A DNA stretch of 64,000 nt. Source: an uncultured Bacteroidota bacterium (GTDB taxonomy: Bacteria > Bacteroidota > Bacteroidia > 2-12-FULL-35-15). Shown one piece after another: positions 49,114 to 58,321 of this stretch. Each line of letters starts with the position of its first letter. Position 1 is the first letter of the stretch. The notes beneath the pieces are model-generated. The model was not told the origin of the DNA, made no database searches, and saw nothing but the letters and a program-made list of their open reading frames with translations. The translations under genes and the position numbers were made by a program. Location of the stretch: positions 7,060-71,059 of the forward strand of contig CAIYIS010000010.1 of NCBI GenBank assembly GCA_903926385.1, read 5' to 3'.

Positions 49114-51348
49114 TTATTTACTGTTTTTACTATTCACATGTTTGGCCAACACAATTTCAAGTTCTTTTATTGCTTTTTCGCAAACACTTTTTATTTGCAC
49201 AAAATCTTTATCTATAAGGTTCATGGCGGCTTTTGTTTCCGAAAGCGTTTCCATATTCGCTAATGGTTTTAGTAAGGGTCTTAGTCCCATAAACCCTACT
49301 GATGTTTTCATACGATGAGCAATAGATTTTACAAGTTCATGGTCGTTATTCTTTATTGCTGTTTCGATAGCACTAATATCAACAGGAGTTTGTTCCAGAA
49401 AAAGCTCTATCATTTCGATAATAAATTCATTGCTGCCCTTGGCCATCTCATATAATTCGCCCATGTTTACAATTACATCATTTTCTCCAAACAATTTCTG
49501 AGGCTTGGTTTCCTTATCCTTTGAACCTTCAGTAATCGAAATGTTCATTACATACTTACTTATCAGATTATATAATTCAAGTTCCGTGAAAGGTTTTGAA
49601 ATGTAATCGTTCATTCCGTATTGCAAACATTTTTCTTTTTCACCGGGCATAATATGGGCTGTCATGGCTATGATGGGTATAGTTAATCCGAGTTCATTGC
49701 GGATAATTTTCGAAGCGGAATATCCATCCATTTTTGGCATCTGCATATCCATTAAAATTAAATGGTAACTATTTTGCTTTAGTTTTTCTATCGCCACAGC
49801 TCCGTTTTCTGCTATATCTATCTTTAACCCGAATCCTTTTAAAATTTCTGAAGCCAGTTTCTGATTCATCAAATTATCCTCTACCAGCAATATTGATATT
49901 TTGTTGTTTTGTGTCCCAAAGGTTTCTATAACATTATTTTCCTTTTTTTCTGTTACAATTTCATTGCTCACAGGATAGTTCATGATCACGGTAAATTCAG
50001 AACCTTGGCCTTCTTTACTTTTTAAAGTTATTTCTCCATGCTGAATTTCAATTAAATTTTTTACGATGGACAATCCCAATCCTGTACCGCCAAATTTTCT
50101 TGTTGTTTCGGAATTGCCCTGATTAAATCGTTCAAATACTTCAGCGATTTTTTCGGACGGAATTCCAATCCCTGTGTCTGTAATTCTGAAAATTATTTTC
50201 GCCTCATTACGTTCTATACTTTTCAATTCGCATTTAACAGTCACCTTGCCATTATTTGTAAATTTAATTGCATTGTTTGTTAAGTTTACCAAAATTTGTG
50301 TTAATCGGGTAGGGTCACCGTATACGCTTTTCGGTATCCTATCATCAATCACTATTTCAAAATCGATATTCGCTTCTTTAGCTTTTTCTGTAAACATAAG
50401 TTTTAGAGAACTTACTGAATCAGCAATACTAAATGGAATTTTTTCAAGCCTCACCATTCCTGCTTCTATCTTGGAGAAATCAAGAATGTCATTTATTAGG
50501 GAAAGCAAATTAGTGCCACTGCTTTTAATGGCTGCCAAGTATTCTGTTTGTGCTTCATCCAACTTTGTTTTTTGCATTAATCCAGAGAAACCAAGAATGG
50601 AATTCATAGGTGTGCGTATCTCGTGACTCATGTTTGCCATAAACTGTTCTTTAAGCATTGCGTTTTCGTCTGCTTTATGTTTAGCCGTGCGTAATTCTAT
50701 TTCCAGTCTGTTTCGAACATTAATATCTCTGAACAAAATAATAATCATAGCCAGGAAGGCGAGAATACCTACCACTATTTCACCGTAACTCCATCGCTGC
50801 GAAACTTGCAAAAGCTTGTTGCTTTTCTTAATAAGAGATACAGAAGCAAGACTCAAATTATTATTTATCTCCACCAGCACTTTATTTATATCACTAACTA
50901 TTTCGGAGCCTTCTTTGGAACCAGTAGCACTTTCATTTAGCCCGGGAATATTTACCTTATGCGACAAATCTTTCCCTTCCATTAATTTTTTATAAGTCAA
51001 ATCTTTTAGTTTGGTAAACAAACTTGACTCTTTATTTCCGTTTAAATATTGGCCGAGCGTATCTAACTCAGAAGTTATCTGAGTTTGCTTCTGAATGTAC
51101 TCTCCAAGGATTTTTGCATCACCTGTTATACTGTAGCCACGCTGATAAATTCCGAGTGTGTCAATATTGTTACGAAACAATTTCATCGACTCGGATATTT
51201 TATAGGAAGCATAGAGCTTTTTATTGTTTTCAGACAATTGGTTGATGTATCCGTTGGCATTATACGCTATAAACAATATCAAACAAAAGCTGATGATAAA
51301 GCTGGTGATGATTATTAGTTTGGTATAACTTTTTAGTCCGAATTTCAT
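49114..51348 (-). CDS. Hybrid sensor histidine kinase (CHASE3-like sensor, HisKA, HATPase, receiver, HPt)
   Basis: TM plus a CHASE3-like N-terminal region and a second TM. H-box SHEIRTPMNSILG. DTGIGI and GGTGLGLSIV. Receiver ILLVEDN...LILMDMQMPKMDG. C-terminal HPt HRMKTSVGFMG. Confidence 0.85.
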   Translation of the reverse strand: MKFGLKSYTKLIIITSFIISFCLILFIAYNANGYINQLSENNKKLYASYKISESMKLFRNNIDTLGIYQRGYSITGDAKILGEYIQKQTQITSELDTLGQYLNGNKESSLFTKLKDLTYKKLMEGKDLSHKVNIPGLNESATGSKEGSEIVSDINKVLVEINNNLSLASVSLIKKSNKLLQVSQRWSYGEIVVGILAFLAMIIILFRDINVRNRLEIELRTAKHKADENAMLKEQFMANMSHEIRTPMNSILGFSGLMQKTKLDEAQTEYLAAIKSSGTNLLSLINDILDFSKIEAGMVRLEKIPFSIADSVSSLKLMFTEKAKEANIDFEIVIDDRIPKSVYGDPTRLTQILVNLTNNAIKFTNNGKVTVKCELKSIERNEAKIIFRITDTGIGIPSEKIAEVFERFNQGNSETTRKFGGTGLGLSIVKNLIEIQHGEITLKSKEGQGSEFTVIMNYPVSNEIVTEKKENNVIETFGTQNNKISILLVEDNLMNQKLASEILKGFGLKIDIAENGAVAIEKLKQNSYHLILMDMQMPKMDGYSASKIIRNELGLTIPIIAMTAHIMPGEKEKCLQYGMNDYISKPFTELELYNLISKYVMNISITEGSKDKETKPQKLFGENDVIVNMGELYEMAKGSNEFIIEMIELFLEQTPVDISAIETAIKNNDHELVKSIAHRMKTSVGFMGLRPLLKPLANMETLSETKAAMNLIDKDFVQIKSVCEKAIKELEIVLAKHVNSKNSK

Positions 51349-51384
51349 TGTTGTTTACTTTGCTTATTTATTTCAACTCACCAA

Positions 51385-51771
51385 TCAGTTCTGTCTATTT
51401 GGTTTTTTAGAGTTCATAATATGTTCTAAGACTCCCGTCAAATATGACATTTCAAATGGTTTATGAATAAAGTAATTAAATTTTATTCCGCTTCTTTTCA
51501 TTAACTCATTCCCTTCATCCAACGAAGAGATAACAATAACTGATGGCATCCATTTAGAATAATAGTTTTTAAGGTGATCTATAAATTCCGAACCTGAAAT
51601 ACCCGGCATCATCATGTCGCAGATAATTACATCCACATCTCTTTCCAATTGAAGAAACTTTTGAGCCTGCTCTCCGCTCATTGCTGAGTAAACAGTATGT
51701 CCTTCTTCTGTTAAGTTATGATTTATTACTTTGTGAATAATCATATCATCGTCTATCAATAGTATTTTCAT
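51385..51771 (-). CDS. Stand-alone receiver (CheY-like) response regulator
   Basis: 128 aa. ILLIDDD...VIICDMMMPGISG...HKPF. No output domain. Confidence 0.85.
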   Translation of the reverse strand: MKILLIDDDMIIHKVINHNLTEEGHTVYSAMSGEQAQKFLQLERDVDVIICDMMMPGISGSEFIDHLKNYYSKWMPSVIVISSLDEGNELMKRSGIKFNYFIHKPFEMSYLTGVLEHIMNSKKPNRQN

Positions 51772-51850
51772 ATTCTCCGGTTGTTAATATTGGTTTTGTT
51801 TGGTGATGTAAAAGTAGAGTAAATACAAACTGCCTTGACAAGATTTTCGG

Positions 51851-51880
51851 TAAACAGGAAAATATAATGGCTAAACAGGA
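51851..51880 (-). promoter_or_regulatory. Putative LytTR-regulator binding site: perfect 9-bp direct repeat with a 12-bp spacer
   Basis: TAACAGGA-type repeat TAAACAGGA at 51851-51859 and again at 51872-51880 (start-to-start 21 bp). It lies in the 143-bp gap between the LytTR gene stop (51915) and the receiver gene start (51771), 80-109 bp upstream of that start on the minus strand (where it reads TCCTGTTTA). Confidence 0.5.
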
Positions 51881-51914
51881 GAAAGAAAAAGGTAGTGAAT
51901 GATTACCTTATTGA

Positions 51915-52604
51915 TTACAATAAATTCAAACGTTTCAGCAGGGTTGGTTTTTGTGTATCGCCAATAGGAATGGGCTGTTTGGAGACGTACACAGTATTTT
52001 CTTCAACGGTATCCACTTTATCGAGGGGTAAGATGTAAGAGCGGTGGACACGAAAAAACTTGGAAGCCGGCAGCTCTCTTTCCAGTGCGCTTAGGGTATA
52101 GTGTATGGTATGTTTTTTGTCGGGAGTAAAAATAGTAACATAATCGCCCAAGGCCTGAATATAGAGTATATCCGCGATAAGCAACTTGGTCATGATTCCT
52201 TTTTCGCGAATAAAGAAATATTCTTTATCGAGCTGTAAGGGTTTGTTACTACTTTCAAATATTTCTTTTGCTCTTAAAACCGACTTCAGGAATCGCTCTT
52301 CCTTAACCGGTTTTACAAGAAAATCGACCACATTGACCTCGAATGCTTCCACAGCATAATTGGCGTTGGCAGTAATGAGAATAACCAATGGCTGATGAAC
52401 AATCGTTTTAAGAAACTCGATACCATTCATGTGGGGCATTTCCACATCGAGGAGGAGCAGGTCTATTTTTTCTTTATTTAAAATATCGGTGGCCTCTATT
52501 ACATTTTCGCAATCGCCTGCAAGGTGAAGAAATTCGATGTCGCGCACAAAATGCTTGAGCACTGTGCGCGCCATTTTATTATCATCAACTATTAAACATC
52601 TCAT
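51915..52604 (-). CDS. LytTR-family response regulator (first copy)
   Basis: Receiver (LIVDDN...LLLDVEMPHMNG) plus a LytTR domain (ILYIQALGDYVTIF...FFRVHRSYILP). Confidence 0.9.
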   Translation of the reverse strand: MRCLIVDDNKMARTVLKHFVRDIEFLHLAGDCENVIEATDILNKEKIDLLLLDVEMPHMNGIEFLKTIVHQPLVILITANANYAVEAFEVNVVDFLVKPVKEERFLKSVLRAKEIFESSNKPLQLDKEYFFIREKGIMTKLLIADILYIQALGDYVTIFTPDKKHTIHYTLSALERELPASKFFRVHRSYILPLDKVDTVEENTVYVSKQPIPIGDTQKPTLLKRLNLL

Positions 52605-52610
52605 AAATAC

Positions 52611-53216
52611 TTACTGCACTTTTTTGATGGCAGATTTGGCATCTTCGGATTGAGGATTATATTCCAAGGCCTTTGTGAAATATTTTTTGGCTTCGGGTTT
52701 CTTTCCTTGGTCGAGTTGAATTTTTCCGGCTAGCATGTTACTATCGAAATCGAAGGGATACGTTTTAATTACTTTGGAAACAAATGCCATTGCATTCACG
52801 TAATCTTTTTTGGAATAATATATATACCCTACACGGTAATTGGCGATAGAATTATTTGGGTCGAGTTTTAGAATGTCCATGTATATGTTTAAAACATTGG
52901 TCATATTGCCTAATGCAACAAGAGGAAGTATTTGGCCAAAACGAGCTTCGATGGATGAAGGCTCGGCTTCTAGTGCTTTTTTATAATACATATCAGATTT
53001 TACATAATCCTTGCTTAAATATTGCAACCAGCCCAAACGAAGATTTATTTCGTAGGAATCTTGTTTTAATGCCACCAAAGCTTCGATGGCTTTTGCATAC
53101 TGTGTATCGTATTCGAAGGAATAACTTTTGGAAAATGCTGTTTCGGCATTATCTTGTGCTCTGACTCCGCCACAAATTAGTGCAATGACGAAGATTAACG
53201 TGATCTTTACTTTCAT
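52611..53216 (-). CDS. Secreted TPR repeat protein
   Basis: Signal peptide followed by 4-5 TPR units (YYKKALEAEPSSIEARFG, YMDILKLDPNNSIANYRVG, FTKALEYNPQSEDA). It ends 6 nt before the LytTR gene start. A minus-strand TAATTTTG -7 box lies at 53252-53259. Confidence 0.8.
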   Translation of the reverse strand: MKVKITLIFVIALICGGVRAQDNAETAFSKSYSFEYDTQYAKAIEALVALKQDSYEINLRLGWLQYLSKDYVKSDMYYKKALEAEPSSIEARFGQILPLVALGNMTNVLNIYMDILKLDPNNSIANYRVGYIYYSKKDYVNAMAFVSKVIKTYPFDFDSNMLAGKIQLDQGKKPEAKKYFTKALEYNPQSEDAKSAIKKVQ

Positions 53217-53385
53217 ATTTATTTTTTGAAATTAATATTGATTACAGGCTGCAAAATTAGTTATTTTTATCTACTACCTTTTGTTTACTACTCAACTTCG
53301 ACCAATGCCGTGTTTCCTGCGAAATGCGGAATCAGATTAAACGGATACGCACGACTGAGGTTATTAAAGCTGTAATTGAACTACC

Positions 53386-53943
53386 TTAATAAACAAATGG
53401 GATTAACCGGTAAGTATTTTGGCAATATGTTTGGTATTCCTTGCCAAACTGCTCGTTCAGCACTTTTTCTTCAATGCGAATGCGATAAAGAAGTGCAGCC
53501 AAAACAAGAAAAACGACTACCATAGCACTCAGATAATTGTTTAGAGAAATACCGAAACCAGCAAATGAGAGAAGCATTCCAGTGTACGAAGGATGACGAA
53601 GGAGGCTGTATAAACCATCTTTTTTTATGCGATGATTGTGCCGAATGGTTACATCAACTGTAAACATTTTACCTAGCTGCCAAACTGCTGTAAAACGAAT
53701 GATCATTCCGAGTAAAATGATGGTCATGCCGGTGTAATACATGAGGAAGGAGGGTAATATATCTAACGATGTGTATAGTGCACAACTTATGCCTGCAGCA
53801 ATAGCTGCTGTGCTTGTTATCCATCCGGTTAGCATAGAGCCATTGTCTTTTTTTTGAAGGTCTTTTGCGCCCGAACGTGTGAAACTGTTGAGCATAATTT
53901 CGGACAAAAGCCATATCAGATATATCAGATTTAAATTTATCAT
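53386..53943 (-). CDS. Isoprenylcysteine carboxyl methyltransferase (ICMT/PEMT) family membrane methyltransferase
   Basis: Multi-TM protein. GLYSLLRHPSYTGMLL and RIRIEEKVL are the ICMT-family motifs. Confidence 0.75.
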   Translation of the reverse strand: MINLNLIYLIWLLSEIMLNSFTRSGAKDLQKKDNGSMLTGWITSTAAIAAGISCALYTSLDILPSFLMYYTGMTIILLGMIIRFTAVWQLGKMFTVDVTIRHNHRIKKDGLYSLLRHPSYTGMLLSFAGFGISLNNYLSAMVVVFLVLAALLYRIRIEEKVLNEQFGKEYQTYCQNTYRLIPFVY

Positions 53944-54088
53944 ATTATCTCTTTTCTATAAATTCAGCTTATTTTAAATTTGGTTCTTCTTATCCTACAA
54001 TAACCCTATTCTGTCTGGGCAAAAAGGTGAATTTCTTTAATTTCATAAAAAATTGGATACTCTTCTTTTCTTAATTCCTCTCCCTCCC

Positions 54089-56185
54089 CTAATGTATCAC
54101 CACCAGTTTCTCAGTTCTTACAACTGCATTTTTATCGGCTATTTTACAGAAGTATATTCCATTTTTTAGTGCTGAAATGTTGATGATATTTCCTCCATTG
54201 TTTGCTTTTTCCTGCATCAGTATCTTTCCGGTGATGTCGGTAATGGTAATAATATCAGGCATTTTGTATCCATGCGCAAATTGAATTTTTACAGTTTCAT
54301 TAGCAGGATTTGGGTACATAGAGATAAAATAATTCTCTTCTGTTTTTACGTTTACGGTAACCACAGGGGGGGACGGACAATTTGGATTACCGGGAATATT
54401 AGCATCCAACCAAGCAAGTCTTCTCGAAATCCAGTCTTTGAATGCCTGCACTTCTCCCAGATAAGTACCCGGATCTGGCTCAATTTCGGGAGTTCCATTA
54501 TTATAACCTAGTGTAGCCCATTTCTGGAAATGCCTTGCCTGAGAGGCATTAAGGTAAACTGTCATAGAATCGATATAGCCGTACAAAGCCGAATCGCTGA
54601 GAATTGTGGTTCGGAAATTATCCCAGCGGCATCTGAAATTATTTTGAAAAGTCGTGTCGTCCATCATGCGCACCATCCAACCGGTCGAGTTGTTGTCGGG
54701 GCCACAATCGTTCACTTTATAACTCCATCCCGAACCATCGGTGGCAGCAAAAATAGAACATTCGTTAATGTCTTTCCATGCCCAGTCGAAATCCCATACA
54801 GGGCCTGCCTTTAAAGGTGAGATGTATCCTGTGCTGTCTTTTCCTTTATGATAAAACTGACTCTTTTTAAATCCGTCACCGTTACGCGAAAGTTCGTTTA
54901 CAATAAGGTAGTCAATAAAGGAATTCATGCCTATATATTTTCTGTAGCCTGTTGCCGAGTCCTGAAAATTGGGGCCATACAAGGCTGTTTCAAAATCGTT
55001 GATGAAGGCTTGAATGTATGTTTTTTGAGTGTCGGTTATGTTTAGCACTTTCGGATATTCATATAGCAGGTGAGTATTAAAAGTGGGATGATCTATGGGA
55101 TGATACTGCAGCTGCCAGCCATCTGTACCTCCTCCCCACAAGTTGTTTTGAAGTATATAGCCTCCGGTAACATTTAAACCTGTGTTTTCTGTACTGTCCA
55201 AATTAGCAATGGACACACGGTTACTATCGCGTTTTATTTTTTCGCTCAACACGTATATACCTTCATAAGTCCCGTTTAGCAATACTTCTACAAGGCGAGT
55301 ACGTGGTGCATAATGGCCCATTTTGCGCGACAAATGGTAAGCGAGTGTGTTTCGAATAAATACTTTGTCGTTCCAGTTCGAAATCAAACACCAGTCGTGT
55401 TCTGCAGGCATCGAAAGTATCGATGCGTCAGCCTGTACATTACTAGTATCGCGAGTTTCGAAACCATATGGAACCTGAGGATACCAAGATGATGATGCTC
55501 CACGAATTTCAATTCCTATTTTTCCGTTGTAATCATTTATTGAATCTGTTGGGTGGTTCATCATTCCCGGACCATTATAAATAATGCCCATGGTTCCGTC
55601 TATTTTTGGATTGTTAGGAATCGCCACTCCGTTCGTATTTATGATAACGATAGGTAAATTCGTTGCCGAGAAATTAATGTAACCAGCCGGAGTGTTACTG
55701 AACGTAAGACTCCAGGAAACAACATTTCCGATCAATCCGGTGGTTTGGTCGCGAACCATCAGATTCCAAACATTGTTAGGATTCTGATTATTATTAAAAC
55801 TGGCAATTGTATTTTCGGGTTTGTAAATTCCTGTAAAAGGAGCCACTCCTGATGTAACGGGAACTGTGGATGTGTCGTGAAATATGGTGTTGGTATAATT
55901 GGCTCCTGTGCCCCCGTTAAAGGTAGAGAGAAAATATATAGAACCATCTGGCGCTTGTAATTTAATACGAAGCTGATTGTCGGATGGGTGATTAATATTT
56001 ATAGTAACATACTCCAGTCCGAACGATACGGCATCAATGCTGCTCGGCAACCCCGAAACGGTGATGGGATAATAACAATATTGGTTGTTGTCTGTAATGG
56101 CACCTCCGGCAGTGTTGGTAAAGGTTTGAGCACTTATTGCAAAAGCAAAAAGAATGAAACTAATCAGTAGTAAATGTTTTTTCAT
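54089..56185 (-). CDS. CotH-family protein with N-terminal P-domain-like module and T9SS C-terminal domain
   Basis: Signal peptide. ITININHPSDNQLRIKLQAPDGS (proprotein-convertase P-domain-like). Central CotH-like region (LLNGTYEGIYVLSEKIKRDSNRV...). C-terminal MYPNPANETVKIQF...GIYFCKIADKNAVVRTEKLVVIH. Confidence 0.7.
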   Translation of the reverse strand: MKKHLLLISFILFAFAISAQTFTNTAGGAITDNNQYCYYPITVSGLPSSIDAVSFGLEYVTININHPSDNQLRIKLQAPDGSIYFLSTFNGGTGANYTNTIFHDTSTVPVTSGVAPFTGIYKPENTIASFNNNQNPNNVWNLMVRDQTTGLIGNVVSWSLTFSNTPAGYINFSATNLPIVIINTNGVAIPNNPKIDGTMGIIYNGPGMMNHPTDSINDYNGKIGIEIRGASSSWYPQVPYGFETRDTSNVQADASILSMPAEHDWCLISNWNDKVFIRNTLAYHLSRKMGHYAPRTRLVEVLLNGTYEGIYVLSEKIKRDSNRVSIANLDSTENTGLNVTGGYILQNNLWGGGTDGWQLQYHPIDHPTFNTHLLYEYPKVLNITDTQKTYIQAFINDFETALYGPNFQDSATGYRKYIGMNSFIDYLIVNELSRNGDGFKKSQFYHKGKDSTGYISPLKAGPVWDFDWAWKDINECSIFAATDGSGWSYKVNDCGPDNNSTGWMVRMMDDTTFQNNFRCRWDNFRTTILSDSALYGYIDSMTVYLNASQARHFQKWATLGYNNGTPEIEPDPGTYLGEVQAFKDWISRRLAWLDANIPGNPNCPSPPVVTVNVKTEENYFISMYPNPANETVKIQFAHGYKMPDIITITDITGKILMQEKANNGGNIINISALKNGIYFCKIADKNAVVRTEKLVVIH

Positions 56186-56292
56186 TGGTCAATATTTTTT
56201 TCAAATGTACAATTATTCTCCGAAAATAAAATATTCAGAGTCGCAATAAAAATGATTTTATTTCGTTTATAGTAAATGAGTAATTTTAGCCG

Positions 56293-58206
56293 ATGCGTTT
56301 TAAGTTAAAAATCCTAATCAGAAAGCTGTTTCTGTTTCTTTTGTTTCTCCCTTTCGGTGGTGCCGTTATTCAGGCGCAATCGGTTGCGGATACAGTAAAT
56401 AAACAGAATACCTATATTACCGACAGTGTAAAAGTCAAAACATTTCCTATGATTGACAGTGTGAAAAGTGCACTGAAATCGGTAAGCGATACTGTTAAAA
56501 TGATTGCGAATAATAATGAAAAACAGAATTGCACGCTTACGGTTCTTTCCTTAAAAGACCAGATGCTGCTGAATAAAATAACCTACAAAAAGCAATTTCA
56601 TTCGTTTGCCGAACGCGAAAAAGAATTACAAAACATATTGCTTACTTGTTATGATAATGCATACCTCACTGCGGTGTACGACTCGATGGCGAAGGATACA
56701 ACTTCATTAACAGCTTATCTTAATTTTGGTGCCGAATATAAATGGGCTCAGCTTTCAAAAGGAAATGTAGACGAAGGGGTGCTGAGTGAAATCGGTTTTC
56801 GCGAAAAACTTTACAGTAACAAACCGATTTATTATAAAAAGGTAAAAAAGCTCGAAGAGAAATTAATTGTGTATTTCGAAAACAACGGGTATCCGTTTGC
56901 CTCTGTAAAGCTCGATAGTGTAGTGATTACGGATGGGAAAATTACAGCCCAACTAAACTTGACCAAAAATGCCAGCGAGAAAATAGACAGTGTGATTATT
57001 AAAGGCAATGCTAAAATAACTCCTGTGTATATGTATAATTACCTTGGCATAAAACCGGGAAGCCGATACAACGAGGCTCAGTTGAAAAAGGTAAATACCC
57101 GCATTGCCGAGCTGTCTTTTGTGCGGGCCACCAAGCCTGCCTCGGTAACCTTTACCGATAAATTTAATAAACTTGTTTTGTATCTCGACAAAAAACGGTC
57201 GAGCCAGTTTGATGGAATCCTTGGTATTTTGCCTGATGAAAAGACTGGGAAAATATTATTTACGGGTGATGTCAATCTGAAACTACAAAACGGATTGGGT
57301 AGGGGAGAGCTCATCGATTTAACTTGGCGAAGACTGCAAACTCAAACTCAGGATTTGAAATTTCATTTGGTATATCCTTTTGTTCTTCGTTCTCCTTTTG
57401 GTATTGATTATACCTTTAAATTATATAAAAAAGATACCACATATCTGGAGGTGAATCACAACATAGGAGTGCAGTATATACTGATAGGAGGCAATTATGT
57501 CAAAGTTTTTTACACCAACAAAACTTCATCATTACTTTCCACAAAAGCTCTCGAACACACCACCACTCTTCCTGTTTATGCCGATGTGCATACAAATATG
57601 TATGGCTTAGGTTGGAAGTACGAAAAGTTGGATTATCGTTTAAATCCTCGAAAAGGATACACCATACAAATAAACGGAAGTGTGGGAATAAAAGTCATCA
57701 AGCAAAATGCGCGTATAGATACTGCCGCCTATCACAATGTCAAAATGAATACTACCGTTGGCAATGGCGATTTCGAAGGTAGTTTGTTTATCCCTATGTT
57801 TAGTCGAAACACAGTGAAGGTAGGTGTTCAGTCGGCTTATTTGTACAGTGAAAATACTTTTCAAAATGAGTTGTATCGCATTGGCGGACTCAAAACATTA
57901 AGAGGGTTTGACGAAGAATCTATTTATGCTTCTTTTTATTCCATCTTTACATTGGAGTATCGTTTTCTGCTCGAGCAAAATTCTTATCTCTATCTTTTCG
58001 GTGACCAGGCGTATTACGAAGCCAATACCAATACCGTCACTCAGCCTCTCCTCATTCACGATAGTCCTTACGGATTTGGTGCCGGTATCAGTTTCGAAAC
58101 CAAAGCGGGAATCTTTTCCATTAGTTATGCATTGGGCCATCAGTTCGATAATCCCTTTCAGTTAAAGAGTGGTAAAGTGCATTTTGGTATCGTCAATTAT
58201 TTTTAA
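56293..58206 (+). CDS. Omp85/BamA-family outer-membrane protein (POTRA plus surface-antigen barrel)
   Basis: Signal peptide, POTRA-like modules, and a C-terminal barrel with RIGGLKTLRGFDE and terminal ...HFGIVNYF (aromatic end). Confidence 0.65.
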   Translation: MRFKLKILIRKLFLFLLFLPFGGAVIQAQSVADTVNKQNTYITDSVKVKTFPMIDSVKSALKSVSDTVKMIANNNEKQNCTLTVLSLKDQMLLNKITYKKQFHSFAEREKELQNILLTCYDNAYLTAVYDSMAKDTTSLTAYLNFGAEYKWAQLSKGNVDEGVLSEIGFREKLYSNKPIYYKKVKKLEEKLIVYFENNGYPFASVKLDSVVITDGKITAQLNLTKNASEKIDSVIIKGNAKITPVYMYNYLGIKPGSRYNEAQLKKVNTRIAELSFVRATKPASVTFTDKFNKLVLYLDKKRSSQFDGILGILPDEKTGKILFTGDVNLKLQNGLGRGELIDLTWRRLQTQTQDLKFHLVYPFVLRSPFGIDYTFKLYKKDTTYLEVNHNIGVQYILIGGNYVKVFYTNKTSSLLSTKALEHTTTLPVYADVHTNMYGLGWKYEKLDYRLNPRKGYTIQINGSVGIKVIKQNARIDTAAYHNVKMNTTVGNGDFEGSLFIPMFSRNTVKVGVQSAYLYSENTFQNELYRIGGLKTLRGFDEESIYASFYSIFTLEYRFLLEQNSYLYLFGDQAYYEANTNTVTQPLLIHDSPYGFGAGISFETKAGIFSISYALGHQFDNPFQLKSGKVHFGIVNYF

Positions 58207-58321
58207 TCGTTACTTCAATTAAAAATACAAGCCCCGCAAGCAAATAAATTCTTAATTTAGCAATCGTTTTTTCGACCTGACTTCGCTCATTGGTTTAATT
58301 TAAGTCGTAAAACAAATTAAA

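Noticed and set aside
50174-50626. 150-aa plus-strand ORF inside the hybrid kinase gene
   Set aside because: It lies opposite the HisKA/HATPase region, which has clear motifs on the minus strand.
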